Assembly: GCA_002633005.1 (NCBI GenBank)
Contig: NMRA01000125.1
Coordinates: 319,971 to 383,970, forward strand
Source of the DNA: Phoronis australis
Lineage: Eukaryota; Animalia; Phoronida
Length of the DNA stretch: 64,000 nt
Direction of reading: 5' to 3'
Positions 63,923 through 64,000 of this stretch are shown one piece after another. A program made the position numbers and the translations under genes. Within the stretch, counting starts at the first letter, position 1; the number at the start of each line of letters is the position of its first letter. The notes under the pieces are model-generated. The model made no database searches. It was given only the letters and a program-made list of their open reading frames with translations, and was not told where the DNA came from.

Positions 63923-64000
63923 GTTTTAACTGCAATCGAGTCGTGATTGTTCAACCTTTCACGTCTAATTCGAATCTACCGCATCTGATTCACTCTCTGC

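Larger units (their letters stand above)
55369..64000 (-). repeat. Right arm of inverted segmental duplication (runs off window)
   Basis: Colinear reverse-complement match; paired ORF translations such as 46912+/59124-, 46171+/59803- and 47584+/57755-. Confidence 0.92.

Noticed and set aside
63475-63923. Heptad-periodic ORFs (SLSIELL..., DRDSK...) resembling coiled coils; also at 41601-41795 and 61891-62079
   Set aside because: These are by-products of the 21-bp DNA repeat, open on both strands, with no splice or homology support.

Overview
This is AT-rich, intron-dense animal DNA, probably from a marine invertebrate; there are no prokaryotic features. (1) 1-36 kb holds the 3' part of CFAP46 (TTC40) on the + strand. 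I traced 33 exons by hand, and they splice into one stop-free frame of 4494 nt (about 1497 aa plus stop). The gene contains a U12 (minor spliceosome) GT-AG intron, micro-exons, and a C-terminal domain that looks like a catalytically dead separase/CHAT protease. Its introns carry a Tc2/pogo-like non-autonomous element, a tRNA-derived SINE and minisatellites. (2) 36.9-39.3 kb is a decayed L1/Tx1-type LINE ORF2. (3) 41.6-64 kb is a large inverted segmental duplication (arms at least 41618-50385 and 55369-64000). Each arm carries a 3-exon secreted EPN/WND C-type lectin gene and a TIR-bounded element with 21-bp arrays of the palindrome CTATCGATAG. Only the left copy of that element contains a 1.8-kb DIRS/Ngaro fragment (RNase H plus tyrosine recombinase), followed by an array of covarying bulged hairpins. 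(4) Two ~1.17-kb tandem duplications joined by a single 'n' look like assembly artefacts, and there is a 594-N gap. Family assignments come from recalled motifs, not database searches.
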